The notes: a model not told the origin generated them from the letters alone. Counted from the stretch's first letter, positions 39,815 through 50,272 are shown. The stretch: 64,000 nt of DNA from Bacteroidota bacterium (GCA_024276745.1 JAJRWN010000006.1:11926-75925); one strand, 5' to 3'. Numbers and translations: made by a program.

Positions 39815-40000
39815 ATTGCAAAGAAAAAAGGCAACCGCGTTCAGGTTATACTCGAATGTACAGAACATAAAAGTTCAGGTATGCCCGGTACGTCCAGGTA
39901 TATTACAACAAAAAACCGGAAAAATACCACAGAAAGACTTGAGTTAAAAAAATACAACCCAATTCTAAAAAAGGTAACTGTTCATAAAGAAATTAAATAA
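39815..40000 (+). CDS. rpmG: 50S ribosomal protein L33 (apparent ATT start codon)
   Basis: Not in the ORF track. The translation '(ATT)[60 protein letters not shown]' is full-length L33. An in-frame TAA at 39803 leaves no ATG, GTG or TTG before the conserved N-terminus. Confidence 0.85.
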   Translation: MAKKKGNRVQVILECTEHKSSGMPGTSRYITTKNRKNTTERLELKKYNPILKKVTVHKEIK

Positions 40001-40005
40001 ACGTT

Positions 40006-40176
40006 ATGGCCAAAGTAAGTAAAAACTCACGGGTAAACCGGGGTAAGTCAGGTGGAGGTAAAAACTACGTAAAAGTAATTGTAGCCGTAAAATCTCCTAC
40101 AACAGGTGCATATACCTATAAAGAAACCATTGTTCATAAAGACAATGTAAAGCAAACCATCAGCGAAGCAAACTAA
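40006..40176 (+). CDS. small basic protein (DUF4295-like) conserved after rpmG in Bacteroidota
   Basis: 56-aa ORF 'MAKVSKNSRVNRGKSGGGKNYVKVIVAVKSPTTGAYTYKETIVHKDNVKQTISEAN', below the ORF-track length cut-off. The ATG lies 5 nt after the rpmG stop. The family name is from memory. Confidence 0.7.
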   Translation: MAKVSKNSRVNRGKSGGGKNYVKVIVAVKSPTTGAYTYKETIVHKDNVKQTISEAN

Positions 40177-40206
40177 ATTGTCTGAACTGAATAGCTGAAA
40201 ACAAAC

Positions 40207-40240
40207 AGCTTCGCTGATCAAAGCGGAGCTTTTTTATTTT
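40207..40240 (+). terminator. intrinsic terminator after the rpmB-rpmG-small ORF unit
   Basis: Hairpin AGCTTCGC / GCGGAGCT (8 bp, one G-U pair, 8-nt loop) followed by TTTTTATTTT. Confidence 0.7.
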
Positions 40241-40257
40241 ATGCCTGAGCTAAAACC

Positions 40258-41214
40258 ATGGGATTATTTAATAAAATTTTCAATACAAAAGATAAAGAAA
40301 ATCTGGAACAAGGTATTCAAAAAACCCGGGAAGGATTCTTTGGAAAAATTACAAGAGCTGTTGCAGGGCATTCCAAAATTGATACTAATTTTCTCGATCA
40401 TCTTGAAGATATTTTAATTAGTTCTGACGTTGGCATTGACACCAGTTTGAAAATTATTGATCGAATAGAACGGAGAGTGGCCCGCGATAAATTTATCAAT
40501 ACCTCTGAACTCAATACCATTTTGCGCGATGAAATAAGTGTTATGTTAAGTGAGCATAATACTGAAGATATTGAATCGTACCGGATTCCCAAAAATATCA
40601 AACCCTTTGTGATTATGGTTGTAGGGGTGAACGGTGTGGGCAAAACCACCACCATCGGCAAATTGGCCTACCGTTTTAAGCAGGAAGGATACCGTGTATT
40701 GTTGGGTGCTGCCGATACTTTCAGGGCTGCCGCTATCGATCAATTGCAAATTTGGGCCGACCGGGTAGATGTGCCTTTGGTAAAAAAAGAAATGGGTTCT
40801 GATCCGGCTTCAGTCGCTTTCGATACGGTAAAATCGGCCCTTGCCAAAGATGCGGATATTGTGATTATCGACACGGCCGGCCGGCTGCATAATAAAGTGA
40901 ATTTGATGAATGAGTTGTCGAAGGTGAAAAATGTTATGCAAAAAGTTATTCCTGATGCACCACATGAAGTCATGTTGGTTTTGGACGCATCTACCGGACA
41001 AAATGCACTTGAACAGGCCAGACATTTTATTAAAGCAACCGAAGTTAATGCCCTTACAATCACTAAACTTGACGGTACGGCTAAAGGAGGTGTTATTCTA
41101 GGTATTGCCGATCAATTTAGTATTCCGGTGAAATATATCGGAGTGGGTGAAGCCATGGATCATTTACAGGTTTTCAACCGGCAAGAATTTATTGATGCCC
41201 TTTTTAGCGAATGA
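40258..41214 (+). CDS. ftsY: signal recognition particle receptor FtsY
   Basis: 318 aa with an NG domain: 'GVNGVGKTTTIGKLA', 'DTAGR', 'TKLDGTAKGG'. Confidence 0.95.
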   Translation: MGLFNKIFNTKDKENLEQGIQKTREGFFGKITRAVAGHSKIDTNFLDHLEDILISSDVGIDTSLKIIDRIERRVARDKFINTSELNTILRDEISVMLSEHNTEDIESYRIPKNIKPFVIMVVGVNGVGKTTTIGKLAYRFKQEGYRVLLGAADTFRAAAIDQLQIWADRVDVPLVKKEMGSDPASVAFDTVKSALAKDADIVIIDTAGRLHNKVNLMNELSKVKNVMQKVIPDAPHEVMLVLDASTGQNALEQARHFIKATEVNALTITKLDGTAKGGVILGIADQFSIPVKYIGVGEAMDHLQVFNRQEFIDALFSE

Positions 41215-41220
41215 TTTGGC

Positions 41221-42525
41221 ATGAGTAGCTCAAAGCAAAAAAAAGTAAATGTTATTACACTGGGTTGTAGCAAAAACCTGGTAGATTCTGAACAATTGAT
41301 GCGTCAGTTGCAAAGCAATGATTACGATATTATGCATGACTCGGATTCGGATTCCGATATTGTAATTATTAATACTTGTGGTTTTATCGATAATGCCAAG
41401 CAAGAATCTATCAATACGATACTTGAATTTGCAGCTTTAAAAAATAAAGGTAAACTCAATAAACTGATTGTCACCGGCTGCCTCAGTCAACGATTTGCTA
41501 AAGAACTAAAAACAGAAATCAAAGATGTTGATGCCTGGTTTGGTACGGCCGATTTACCTCAATTACTGAAATATATCAATGCCGATTACCGGAAAGAATT
41601 GCTGGGCGAACGCCTTTTAAGTACTCCCGGTCATTACGCATATTTGAAAATCAGCGAAGGTTGTAGCCGCACTTGTGCTTTTTGTGCCATTCCGCTTATG
41701 CGAGGTAAACACCGGTCGAAAACCATCGAAATTCTTTTGTCTGAAGCACAAAATCTGGCCTCAAAGGGTACTAAAGAACTTATCCTGATTGCTCAGGAAC
41801 TTACCTACTATGGCCTCGATATTTATAAAAAACGGATGCTTGATTCCTTGCTTCGGCAACTGGCTGGTATTGATGGCATCGAATGGATTAGATTGCATTA
41901 TGCCTATCCGAATCAGTTTCCCCTAAATATCTTACCGGTTATTAATGAATATGATAATATCTGTAAATATCTGGATATTCCGTTTCAGCATGCTAATAAT
42001 GCCGTTTTGAAAAGGATGCAAAGAAATTCAAACCGGCACGATCAAGAGTTATTGATTGAAAAAATAAGAAAAGCCGTACCCAATATAGCACTGAGAACCA
42101 CTATGCTTGTTGGTTTTCCTGGCGAAACAGAATCTGAATTTAATGATTTACTGCAATTTGTAGCCGATACCGGTTTCGACCGGCTTGGCGTATTTACTTA
42201 TTCTCACGAAGAATCTACTTCGGCCTTTGCGTTGAAAGATGATGTACCCACTCCTTTGAAAGAAGAAAGAGCCGCTAGGCTCATGGCTCTTCAACAAGAA
42301 ATTTCTTTCGAGAAAAATAAAAACAGGATTGGAGAGGTACTCAAAGTCCTTATCGACCGTTGCGAAGGTGATTATTTTATCGGTCGTAGTCAATTTGACA
42401 GCCCTGAAGTAGATAACGAAATTTTAATTTCCACACAAGATGACTACCTTCGGATTGGAGATTTTGTACAAGCCAAAATTACAGATGTATCTGATTTTGA
42501 TCTTTTTGCAAAAAAAATCACTTAG
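41221..42525 (+). CDS. rimO: ribosomal protein S12 methylthiotransferase
   Basis: 434 aa with an MTTase N-domain ('NVITLGCSKN'), the radical-SAM motif 'CSRTCAFCAIP' and a C-terminal TRAM-like segment. Confidence 0.9.
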   Translation: MSSSKQKKVNVITLGCSKNLVDSEQLMRQLQSNDYDIMHDSDSDSDIVIINTCGFIDNAKQESINTILEFAALKNKGKLNKLIVTGCLSQRFAKELKTEIKDVDAWFGTADLPQLLKYINADYRKELLGERLLSTPGHYAYLKISEGCSRTCAFCAIPLMRGKHRSKTIEILLSEAQNLASKGTKELILIAQELTYYGLDIYKKRMLDSLLRQLAGIDGIEWIRLHYAYPNQFPLNILPVINEYDNICKYLDIPFQHANNAVLKRMQRNSNRHDQELLIEKIRKAVPNIALRTTMLVGFPGETESEFNDLLQFVADTGFDRLGVFTYSHEESTSAFALKDDVPTPLKEERAARLMALQQEISFEKNKNRIGEVLKVLIDRCEGDYFIGRSQFDSPEVDNEILISTQDDYLRIGDFVQAKITDVSDFDLFAKKIT

Positions 42526-44129
42526 TGGAAATTAAAAAATATACTTATCGCGAAACAAGCCGTTTTTCCAGGCTTATTAACGATTATCTTGATGCAGATG
42601 AAAAGCTTTCCGGTTTGTATAAGTATCCTATACAAAGCAGCTCAATCCGGGAGCTTATAGCTGATAGAAACAGCAATCAACCCAACAGGGAATTACTGCT
42701 TGATCTACTGATCGAACAATATCAAAAGCTTACAAAATTGAGCAAGGTTGAACATAATATCAGTGCGCTAAAGCATGCCAGTACTTTTTGTATTACTTCG
42801 GCACATCAGCCCTTATTGTTTGGTGGCCCAATGTATTTTATTTATAAAATCATTTCGAGTATCAAACTGGCTGCTCAATTAAATATCGAATATCCGGATA
42901 ATCACTTTGTACCGCTTTTCTGGTTAGGTGGCGAAGATCATGATTTCCCTGAAGTAAATCATGCACATCTTTTTGCCGGAACCCTTCGTTGGGAACCGCC
43001 CAATAATACAGGTCCTGTAGGCCGTATGTCTATGGCTTCTTTGGCACCTGTTTTAAAAGAATTCAATAAAATAATTCAAGGTTCTGAGTATGCCACTGAA
43101 CTAATAAGTTTGTTTTCCGGGGCATATTCCCCAACTAATCATAAAAACTTTAATGAAGCTACCCGTATCTGGCTCCATGCTTTATTTGGGAAATACGGAC
43201 TCCTTATTTTTGATGCCGATGACAAAAGAATGAAAGCTGCTTTTGTTGATGTGATGAAACGTGATTTGTTTCAACGCGATACAAGCAAGCTTATGCAAGA
43301 TACGCTTCAATTGCTGAGTCATGATTATAAAGTGCAGGCCAATCCACGCGATATTAACTTGTTCTACATGAAAACCGACATGCGTGAACGGATTGTTTAT
43401 CATCAAGCAACAGATCGCTATAAAATATTGAATACTACAATTACTTTTTCTAAGACTGAATTGCAAACGGAACTGGAAAATTATCCCCAACGATTTAGTC
43501 CAAATGTAATTCTGCGCCCATTATATCAAGAAAAAATATTGCCTAATCTGGTATTTATCGGTGGAGCCGGAGAACTGTCTTACTGGTTGGAACTCAAAGC
43601 TTTATTTGATGCACACGATATTGCTTATCCGATGCTTGTCTTGCGCGATTCTTTCACCATTGTCACTAAAGAAATTGCTAAAAAATTTGATGCCCTGAAA
43701 ATTCCATGGAATTCCGTTTTTAAAGAAAGCGATGCAATGATAAAAGAGGTATTGCTAAACCAGAATGCGGATTCATGGCAATTAATCAAAGAAAAAGAAT
43801 GCTTAAAAGATTTGTATTCTGCTATTAAACAAAAAGCCTCGGAGATTGATAAAAGCCTGAAAGGAGCCACGGAAGGAGCCTTGAATCGCAGCATGAAAGA
43901 ATTAGAAAATTTAGAGTACAAAATAATGAAAGCATTAAAGCAAAGGCGAAGCATTGATATCCAACGCCTTGAGACCGTAAAAAAAGCATTGTTTCCGGCC
44001 AATATCCTGCAGGAACGCAAACACAATTTCTCTATGTACTACGCTCGCTATGGCGATCAGCTAATTGCCATGCTTATGGATGCCGCGAATCCACTTGAGA
44101 AAAGATTTAAATTGTTAATCGAAGCCTAA
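42525..44129 (+). CDS. bshC: bacillithiol biosynthesis protein BshC (putative cysteine ligase)
   Basis: 534 aa. GTG start overlaps the rimO stop by 1 nt. Motifs 'HQPLLFGGPMYFIYKIIS' and 'PLFWLGGEDHDFPEVNH' resemble BshC (from memory). Confidence 0.7.
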   Translation: MEIKKYTYRETSRFSRLINDYLDADEKLSGLYKYPIQSSSIRELIADRNSNQPNRELLLDLLIEQYQKLTKLSKVEHNISALKHASTFCITSAHQPLLFGGPMYFIYKIISSIKLAAQLNIEYPDNHFVPLFWLGGEDHDFPEVNHAHLFAGTLRWEPPNNTGPVGRMSMASLAPVLKEFNKIIQGSEYATELISLFSGAYSPTNHKNFNEATRIWLHALFGKYGLLIFDADDKRMKAAFVDVMKRDLFQRDTSKLMQDTLQLLSHDYKVQANPRDINLFYMKTDMRERIVYHQATDRYKILNTTITFSKTELQTELENYPQRFSPNVILRPLYQEKILPNLVFIGGAGELSYWLELKALFDAHDIAYPMLVLRDSFTIVTKEIAKKFDALKIPWNSVFKESDAMIKEVLLNQNADSWQLIKEKECLKDLYSAIKQKASEIDKSLKGATEGALNRSMKELENLEYKIMKALKQRRSIDIQRLETVKKALFPANILQERKHNFSMYYARYGDQLIAMLMDAANPLEKRFKLLIEA

Positions 44130-44174
44130 ACCTAAAGCTTCTTTCAGCATGGGGTCATCGCATAATAAAAACAC

Positions 44175-44762
44175 TTAATGCAGTAATGCAAAAGATGAAA
44201 AATAGGCATTTGATTCTTCTTGAGGTAAATATGAAAAATTATTGATGTTTCCAACCTGAAACAGCCGGTTGTTTACAAGATATATGCGATATTGAATGAA
44301 ATAACTTCCATTATTAGAGGCAAAAGATATACCCGGGTATCCTTCTATTTCTATTTGCTTGTCATTTTCGCTAAGTGTTAATTCCATTCCGCTTAACAAG
44401 CCTTTTTTCGCATTCTCCAATAAAGTATCGCTTGGTGTGGCAGCAATATGTGACTCAGGATAGTCTCCATAAACAAGAATATAGGCACGGTCAGCACTTT
44501 CTTCATATAAAAAAGTGTGGTAACTTATCATACCAACCTGAGTAGCTACCGTATCAAATGTTTCAACCGGTTGACCAGGAAACAAAATTTGGAAGTTGCC
44601 GGCTTTATTTACAAACGTATTGCTATTTATTGCAGGATTGGTCTGTTCTGTATTGCCTTGAACAGAATCTGCCGCAGTGCTTTGATTGTCGGATTGCTCC
44701 GAACTACTGCACGACACCAATAGAAAAGGAAGCACTATTGTTACAAAAATTACTTGTTTCAT
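44175..44762 (-). CDS. hypothetical lipoprotein
   Basis: Signal peptide and lipobox 'MKQVIFVTIVLPFLLVSCSS' starting at ATG 44762; the ORF track opens at 44801. I recognise no family. Confidence 0.6.
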   Translation of the reverse strand: MKQVIFVTIVLPFLLVSCSSSEQSDNQSTAADSVQGNTEQTNPAINSNTFVNKAGNFQILFPGQPVETFDTVATQVGMISYHTFLYEESADRAYILVYGDYPESHIAATPSDTLLENAKKGLLSGMELTLSENDKQIEIEGYPGISFASNNGSYFIQYRIYLVNNRLFQVGNINNFSYLPQEESNAYFSSFALLH

Positions 44763-44860
44763 AATATAATTGGTTTTAGGATTATTGGAAAAAAACTCCA
44801 AAAGCTTTTATAATTAATACTTTAATGAGGAGGATAAAAGTAAGTTTTTTCCTCCTAATA

Positions 44861-45742
44861 TCAATACAATTCCTCCAGTTTCATATGCAGGTAACGGTTC
44901 ACGGCACGGTAAGTACTCAACCAGGAAATAAACATACCCAAGGTAATTACACTTGCAAACAAAATAACCCATAAGCTTAAATCCTGCAAAAGACTAATAT
45001 CGGGAAAATAATTTCTGGCAGCATATAAAGTAGCCAGAATAGCCATATCGGCTAAAAGACCACTCAGTAAGCCATTGAGCAAGGCCCTGTTGGTATATGG
45101 TCTTGTAATAAAACTTCGATTAGCTCCGACCAATAGCATATTCCGGAGTAAAAAACGGTTGCTGTACATGGCAAGTTTTATACTGCTGTCAATCATGAGC
45201 ACTACAATAATCAATAGAATAATGACTACTCCGCCAATAATCAACCCGGCCTGACCAAAATCATGGTCAATCGAATAAACCAAATCCCGATCTGTCTTTA
45301 TCTGAGACCGGTTGAAATGATATTTATCCATTAATAACTGTTCCACAACAGCCATACTGTCGGGATTCACATATTCGGCATTGAGATATAAATCAAGAGA
45401 AGCAGGCAATGGGTTAAAATCAAGAAATTGTTCAGGATCCTCATTATACTTACTGATGTATTCCTGAAGGGCATCATCAGCCGAAATATATTGACAGGAT
45501 TTCACAAAAGACTCGGTTTCAATCCGCTTTTGTATTTGTTTTATTTCAATTTCACTCTTTGATAAACCAAAATACACACTAAGCTGTATATTTTCTTTTA
45601 CCAGATTGGTAAAAGCTTTGAAATGAAGATAAATCATGCCGCTTATGCCCAGTACAAATAGTACGATACCGGTCATCAATATGGCATTCAAATAACTTGG
45701 TTTCGATTTTTTAGGTGTTTTTATCCCAATCCGCTTCGACAT
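44861..45742 (-). CDS. ftsX: cell division protein FtsX-like permease
   Basis: 293 aa with one TM helix, an external domain and three C-terminal TM helices (FtsX topology). No ftsE lies adjacent. Confidence 0.75.
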   Translation of the reverse strand: MSKRIGIKTPKKSKPSYLNAILMTGIVLFVLGISGMIYLHFKAFTNLVKENIQLSVYFGLSKSEIEIKQIQKRIETESFVKSCQYISADDALQEYISKYNEDPEQFLDFNPLPASLDLYLNAEYVNPDSMAVVEQLLMDKYHFNRSQIKTDRDLVYSIDHDFGQAGLIIGGVVIILLIIVVLMIDSSIKLAMYSNRFLLRNMLLVGANRSFITRPYTNRALLNGLLSGLLADMAILATLYAARNYFPDISLLQDLSLWVILFASVITLGMFISWLSTYRAVNRYLHMKLEELY

Positions 45743-45900
45743 TAGCTTACTTACTTTGCGATAAAAGTAGAAAATAAAATAACGTACCCATAATCATTTA
45801 TCATGTGGAAAACCCTTTGTTTAAAGCATTGGCTATTTTATATTCATTGCTTGAAGGTTCAAATTAAAGATTATGTAATTTTAGGGCTTAATTATTTTGT

Positions 45901-48666
45901 ATGGACTATTCACCGCGTGAGATTGAAAATAAATGGCAAAAATGGTGGGATAAGCATGACACTTACCTGGTGGAAAATAATGCTGATAAGCCTAAATTTT
46001 ATACTTTGGTTATGTTTCCTTATCCATCGGGGGCCGGTTTGCATGTAGGCCATCCCTTAGGCTATATAGCGGCCGATATTTACTCAAGGTATAAGCGATT
46101 AAAGGGTTTTAATGTATTGCATCCGATGGGTTTCGATGCATTTGGTCTTCCTGCCGAACAATATGCCATTCAAACAGGTCAACATCCTGCACTTACAACA
46201 GCCATTAATATCGCCCGCTATAAGCAACAATTAAAATTGATGGGTTTCAGCTACGACTGGAACCGTGAAGTTTGTACCAGCGATCCAAAATATTACAAAT
46301 GGACACAGTGGATTTTCCTTAAGCTATTCAAACATTGGTATAATCTGGATACCGATAAAGCCGAACCGATAAAAGATTTGATTAATCGCTTTGAAAAGGA
46401 AGGCAATAAAAATATTCATGCCGCTGCAAATGAAGTCAAGAAATTTTCGGCCACCGAATGGCAATCTATGACTGAAAAAGAACAACAGCTTATTTTATTA
46501 AACTACCGGCTTGCTTACACATCGCATACTCAGGTAAACTGGTGTGAAGAGCTGGGAACCGTGCTTGCCAATGATGAAGTAAAAGACGGTTTATCGGTAC
46601 GGGGTGGTTTTCCGGTTGTTCAAAAATTAATGAGACAATGGTTTTTGAGAATTACGGCCTATGCCGAACGTTTGTTAAACGATTTGGATCAACTTCGCTG
46701 GACCGATGCCATGAAAGATATGCAGCGCAATTGGATTGGCCGTTCAGAAGGAGCCTTATTGAATTTTCAACTTGACGGTAATCAACATGCTATCGAAGTC
46801 TTTACTACCAGACCCGATACGATTTATGGAGCTACTTTTATTGTTCTTGCCCCTGAACATCCCCTGCTAAAAGAAATTACTACTACTGAATATCAGGATA
46901 ATGTAAAAGCATATCAGGCTTATGTGAATAGCCGGTCAGAACGCGACCGTATAGCTGATGTAAATCATATTACAGGTACTTTCACCGGTAGCTACTGTAT
47001 TCATCCATTTACCAATAAAAAAATTCAGGTTTGGATTAGCGAATATGTGCTTGCCGCTTATGGTACCGGAGCCATTATGGCCGTTCCTGCCCATGATTCA
47101 CGGGATTATGCTTTCGCAAAATATTTTCATTTACCGATTGTACAGGTAGTTGATGGTGCCGATATTACAAAAGCATCCTATGATGATAAAACCGGCAAAA
47201 TGATAAATTCGGAAATACTCAACGGCCTCGATGTACAAGAGGCGATTCCTGAAATGTTGATAGAAATTCAGAAAAGAGGTCTGGGTAAAAAGCAAATAAA
47301 CTATCGTATGCGTGATGCCGGTTTTAGCCGGCAGCGTTATTGGGGAGAACCTTTTCCTATCGTTTATCGCGATAATATTCCTTATGCACTGAACGAAAAT
47401 GAATTACCCCTTGAATTGCCCGATATGTCATCCTTCAAATCAAGCGGTTCGGGTGAATCTCCTTTGGCGAATATGAATAATTGGGTGAAATTGAGTGATG
47501 GTAGCCTGCGGGAAACCGATACCATGCCGGGTTATGCCGGTTCTTCCTGGTATTTCCTGCGTTATATGGACCCGCATAACGATAACTGTTTTGCCTCTAA
47601 GAAAGCCCTAGATTATTGGCAGGATGTTGATTTGTATGTTGGCGGAGCCGAACATGCTGTTGGTCATCTGATGTATGCCCGGTTTTGGCATAAATTTTTA
47701 TTTGATATAGGCTTTGTTCCTGGCAATGAACCCTTTCGTTGTCTGATTAATCAAGGGATGATTCAAGGGGTTTCGAGTATAGCCAACCGGGTCATCGGGG
47801 AGAAAAAAATGGTGTCGGCCGGTTTAAAAAAGAAGTATAAGACCATGCCGGTTCACGTTCCGGTAGAATTTGTCCATAACAATCAGCTTGATATCGATGC
47901 CTATAAAGCTTGGTGCCATGATTATGTCGATTATGAATTTATCCTCGAAGAAGGTCATTTTATATGTGATGCAGAAGTAGAGAAAATGTCAAAATCGAAA
48001 TATAATGTGGTGAATCCTGACGAGATTATTGAAAAATATGGAGCCGATACTTTCAGAATGTATGAAATGTTTTTGGGTCCGATTGAAGCTCACAAACCCT
48101 GGGATACCAAGGGCATTGACGGGGTCTTCAAGTTTCTTAAAAAGACATGGAATTTATTTTTCTCTAAAGATGGAATATGGACGGTAAATGATACTCAACC
48201 CACCAAAGAAGCTTTGCGAACACTGCACCGAACCATTAAAAAAGTAGAAGATGATATTATACGATATTCTTTCAATACCGCTGTGAGTGCTTTTATGATT
48301 TGTGTAAACGAATTGAAAGCACAACAATGCCACAGCAGAAAAGTTCTGGAACCATTTGTCATCCTGTTGGCTCCATTTGCTCCTCATCTGAGCGAAGAAT
48401 TATGGTCATTACTTGGACATAAGAACTCTGTTATCAATGCCGCTTTTCCACATCTTGAAGAACAGTATTTACACGATGATAGCATTGAATATCCGGTTTC
48501 AATCAATGGAAAAACCCGTACCAAAATAAAGGTGAGTAGCGAATTGAATAAAGAACAAATTGAGCAGGTAGCTATGGCAAATGATTCCGTAAGAAAATGG
48601 ATGGATGGCAAAACACCTAAAAAAATCATTATCGTTCCGGGACGGATTGTGAATATTGTATTATAA
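45901..48666 (+). CDS. leuS: leucine--tRNA ligase
   Basis: 921 aa with the class I motifs 'HVGHPLGY' (HIGH) and 'KMSKSK', and an editing-domain insert. Confidence 0.97.
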   Translation: MDYSPREIENKWQKWWDKHDTYLVENNADKPKFYTLVMFPYPSGAGLHVGHPLGYIAADIYSRYKRLKGFNVLHPMGFDAFGLPAEQYAIQTGQHPALTTAINIARYKQQLKLMGFSYDWNREVCTSDPKYYKWTQWIFLKLFKHWYNLDTDKAEPIKDLINRFEKEGNKNIHAAANEVKKFSATEWQSMTEKEQQLILLNYRLAYTSHTQVNWCEELGTVLANDEVKDGLSVRGGFPVVQKLMRQWFLRITAYAERLLNDLDQLRWTDAMKDMQRNWIGRSEGALLNFQLDGNQHAIEVFTTRPDTIYGATFIVLAPEHPLLKEITTTEYQDNVKAYQAYVNSRSERDRIADVNHITGTFTGSYCIHPFTNKKIQVWISEYVLAAYGTGAIMAVPAHDSRDYAFAKYFHLPIVQVVDGADITKASYDDKTGKMINSEILNGLDVQEAIPEMLIEIQKRGLGKKQINYRMRDAGFSRQRYWGEPFPIVYRDNIPYALNENELPLELPDMSSFKSSGSGESPLANMNNWVKLSDGSLRETDTMPGYAGSSWYFLRYMDPHNDNCFASKKALDYWQDVDLYVGGAEHAVGHLMYARFWHKFLFDIGFVPGNEPFRCLINQGMIQGVSSIANRVIGEKKMVSAGLKKKYKTMPVHVPVEFVHNNQLDIDAYKAWCHDYVDYEFILEEGHFICDAEVEKMSKSKYNVVNPDEIIEKYGADTFRMYEMFLGPIEAHKPWDTKGIDGVFKFLKKTWNLFFSKDGIWTVNDTQPTKEALRTLHRTIKKVEDDIIRYSFNTAVSAFMICVNELKAQQCHSRKVLEPFVILLAPFAPHLSEELWSLLGHKNSVINAAFPHLEEQYLHDDSIEYPVSINGKTRTKIKVSSELNKEQIEQVAMANDSVRKWMDGKTPKKIIIVPGRIVNIVL

Positions 48667-48694
48667 AAAAAGCCCGTTTAAACGGGCTTTTTTT
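48665..48694. terminator. bidirectional intrinsic terminator
   Basis: A7-GCCCGTTTAAACGGGC-T7: a perfect 16-nt palindrome flanked by an A-run and a T-run, lying between the convergent leuS gene and the T9SS cargo gene. Confidence 0.85.
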
Positions 48695-48710
48695 ATAATA
48701 AAGAGGGTGA

Positions 48711-50153
48711 TTATTGCTTCGTGAATTTTCCGCTATGTGTTTTTCCGTTTTCTTGGATTATATAAATATATATTCCTGATTCTAAAGATTCAATATTCAG
48801 TAAGTAGCGATTTTTCGCCATATCATAATTGCTGATTACCTGATTAGTCATGTCTTTACCGATAAGATTATACAATCTTATATCAGATGAAGCATCACCT
48901 TTTCCACTCAGATCGATATACAAAGTTCCGGTACTTGGATTGGGATATACAATTGTACCCGATAAGGCTTCTTTTACAGGCAGGGAAACTCCGTTTGGAA
49001 ATTCGAAAGCCAGATCATCTAATATAAGTTCGCTACCCGGATGATATATATTATTGATATCAATATAATCACTGGCAGCAAAAGCCAAAATAACCGTATC
49101 CGGATTATAGCTAAGGTTGTATCCGATATCTAAACTAAATTTTGTATAGCTTGAAGCAGGTCCCAGGGTAGCAACAACCCCGCCTATGCTATCTTGCATA
49201 TTATTGGCCGTATTCCATTTGCTCAAACGCATTAATACCAATGCCGAATCATTGGCAACCGGTGTATACTTATAGTACCCACTTAATTTTACCGGCCGGT
49301 CAGAATATGCATCGCCACCTTCCGGACCATTGATACCAAAACTACCATTTGTGAGTAAGGTTAAAGTGTCACCGCCAAAAGCATCAATTGTTCCGGAAGT
49401 TAAACTTAAGGCAAAATTACCAGAGTGAGCATCTGTGGTCTTTACAATTGATGGAGACTGCCCACCCAGTACCTGAAACAAATTGGTCGTCCACCAGTCG
49501 CTTGGATCTTCATAAGAAAAATTACTCCAATGCTCCAGACCTGCATTAGGAATTTGCTGGTTGCTTCCGGGTAATTCAATATTATCAACTTCGAGCCAGC
49601 TGCCTTGAACAGGACTATCGAAATTGCTACTTGTAAATACCAATAATACACTATCTGGAGCTACCGGAGTATGTGTAAAGGCAAAAGTAAATTGGGTAAA
49701 GGTAGATTGACTTCCTGTAATGGGTATGATATCGAAAGCCAACGGAAAGCCAAGTTTTGATGGTAACCAGGCAATAAAAGCGGTATCACCAGGCATAACA
49801 TTATAACGTAACCAAACTTTTATCGAATCTGCTTGCCCACTAAACGGATACCTGATGAATCCATTAGAGCCGATGTTTCCAAGCATCAATACCCCTGGTA
49901 TGGTGTCCGTCCCATTGCTTATGGTCTCCAGCCTGGCAGCATAATTGCCGCTGTGCCCGCTTATTTTGGTCGTATTGGCTGAAAAGGTGGAAAAATAAGT
50001 CTGTACGTTATAGGTGGTGAAAGTGTCCGGATTTTCGAACAGATTGGTCTGTGTCCATGTTTCAAATCCCAAATTAGATATCTGCGATTGTACGGTTTGG
50101 CTTATAAATATTGAAATAGAAATAAGCACAAATGAGAGTAAAGTTCTTTTCAT
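48711..50153 (-). CDS. secreted protein with T9SS C-terminal sorting domain (two tandem homologous modules)
   Basis: Signal peptide 'MKRTLLSFVLISISIFISQTVQSQ'. Two modules begin 'NLGFETW' and 'NAGLEHW', each containing 'HSGN(Y/F)A'. T9SS tail 'VYPNPSTGTLYIDL...SGIYIYII'. Confidence 0.75.
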   Translation of the reverse strand: MKRTLLSFVLISISIFISQTVQSQISNLGFETWTQTNLFENPDTFTTYNVQTYFSTFSANTTKISGHSGNYAARLETISNGTDTIPGVLMLGNIGSNGFIRYPFSGQADSIKVWLRYNVMPGDTAFIAWLPSKLGFPLAFDIIPITGSQSTFTQFTFAFTHTPVAPDSVLLVFTSSNFDSPVQGSWLEVDNIELPGSNQQIPNAGLEHWSNFSYEDPSDWWTTNLFQVLGGQSPSIVKTTDAHSGNFALSLTSGTIDAFGGDTLTLLTNGSFGINGPEGGDAYSDRPVKLSGYYKYTPVANDSALVLMRLSKWNTANNMQDSIGGVVATLGPASSYTKFSLDIGYNLSYNPDTVILAFAASDYIDINNIYHPGSELILDDLAFEFPNGVSLPVKEALSGTIVYPNPSTGTLYIDLSGKGDASSDIRLYNLIGKDMTNQVISNYDMAKNRYLLNIESLESGIYIYIIQENGKTHSGKFTKQ

Positions 50154-50272
50154 AATAACTACTAAATTAGTAAGATAATAAGTAAAATTAATACAATAAG
50201 ACTTAATCAGTGCAATAATCTTTCCAATTTTTATCGTTCATGGTTTTCGAAAGCTTTCATTATTTTCGTTGA

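Noticed and set aside
44828-44856. A GC-containing hairpin AGGAGGA-(15 nt)-TCCTCCT just downstream of ftsX.
   Set aside because: No U-tract follows it on either strand, so it is not a canonical intrinsic terminator. It may still be a 3' stabiliser, but I cannot support a call.
45803-46048. An 81-aa ORF overlapping the leuS start.
   Set aside because: It is out of frame with leuS, has Cys/Trp/His-rich odd composition, and resembles no family.
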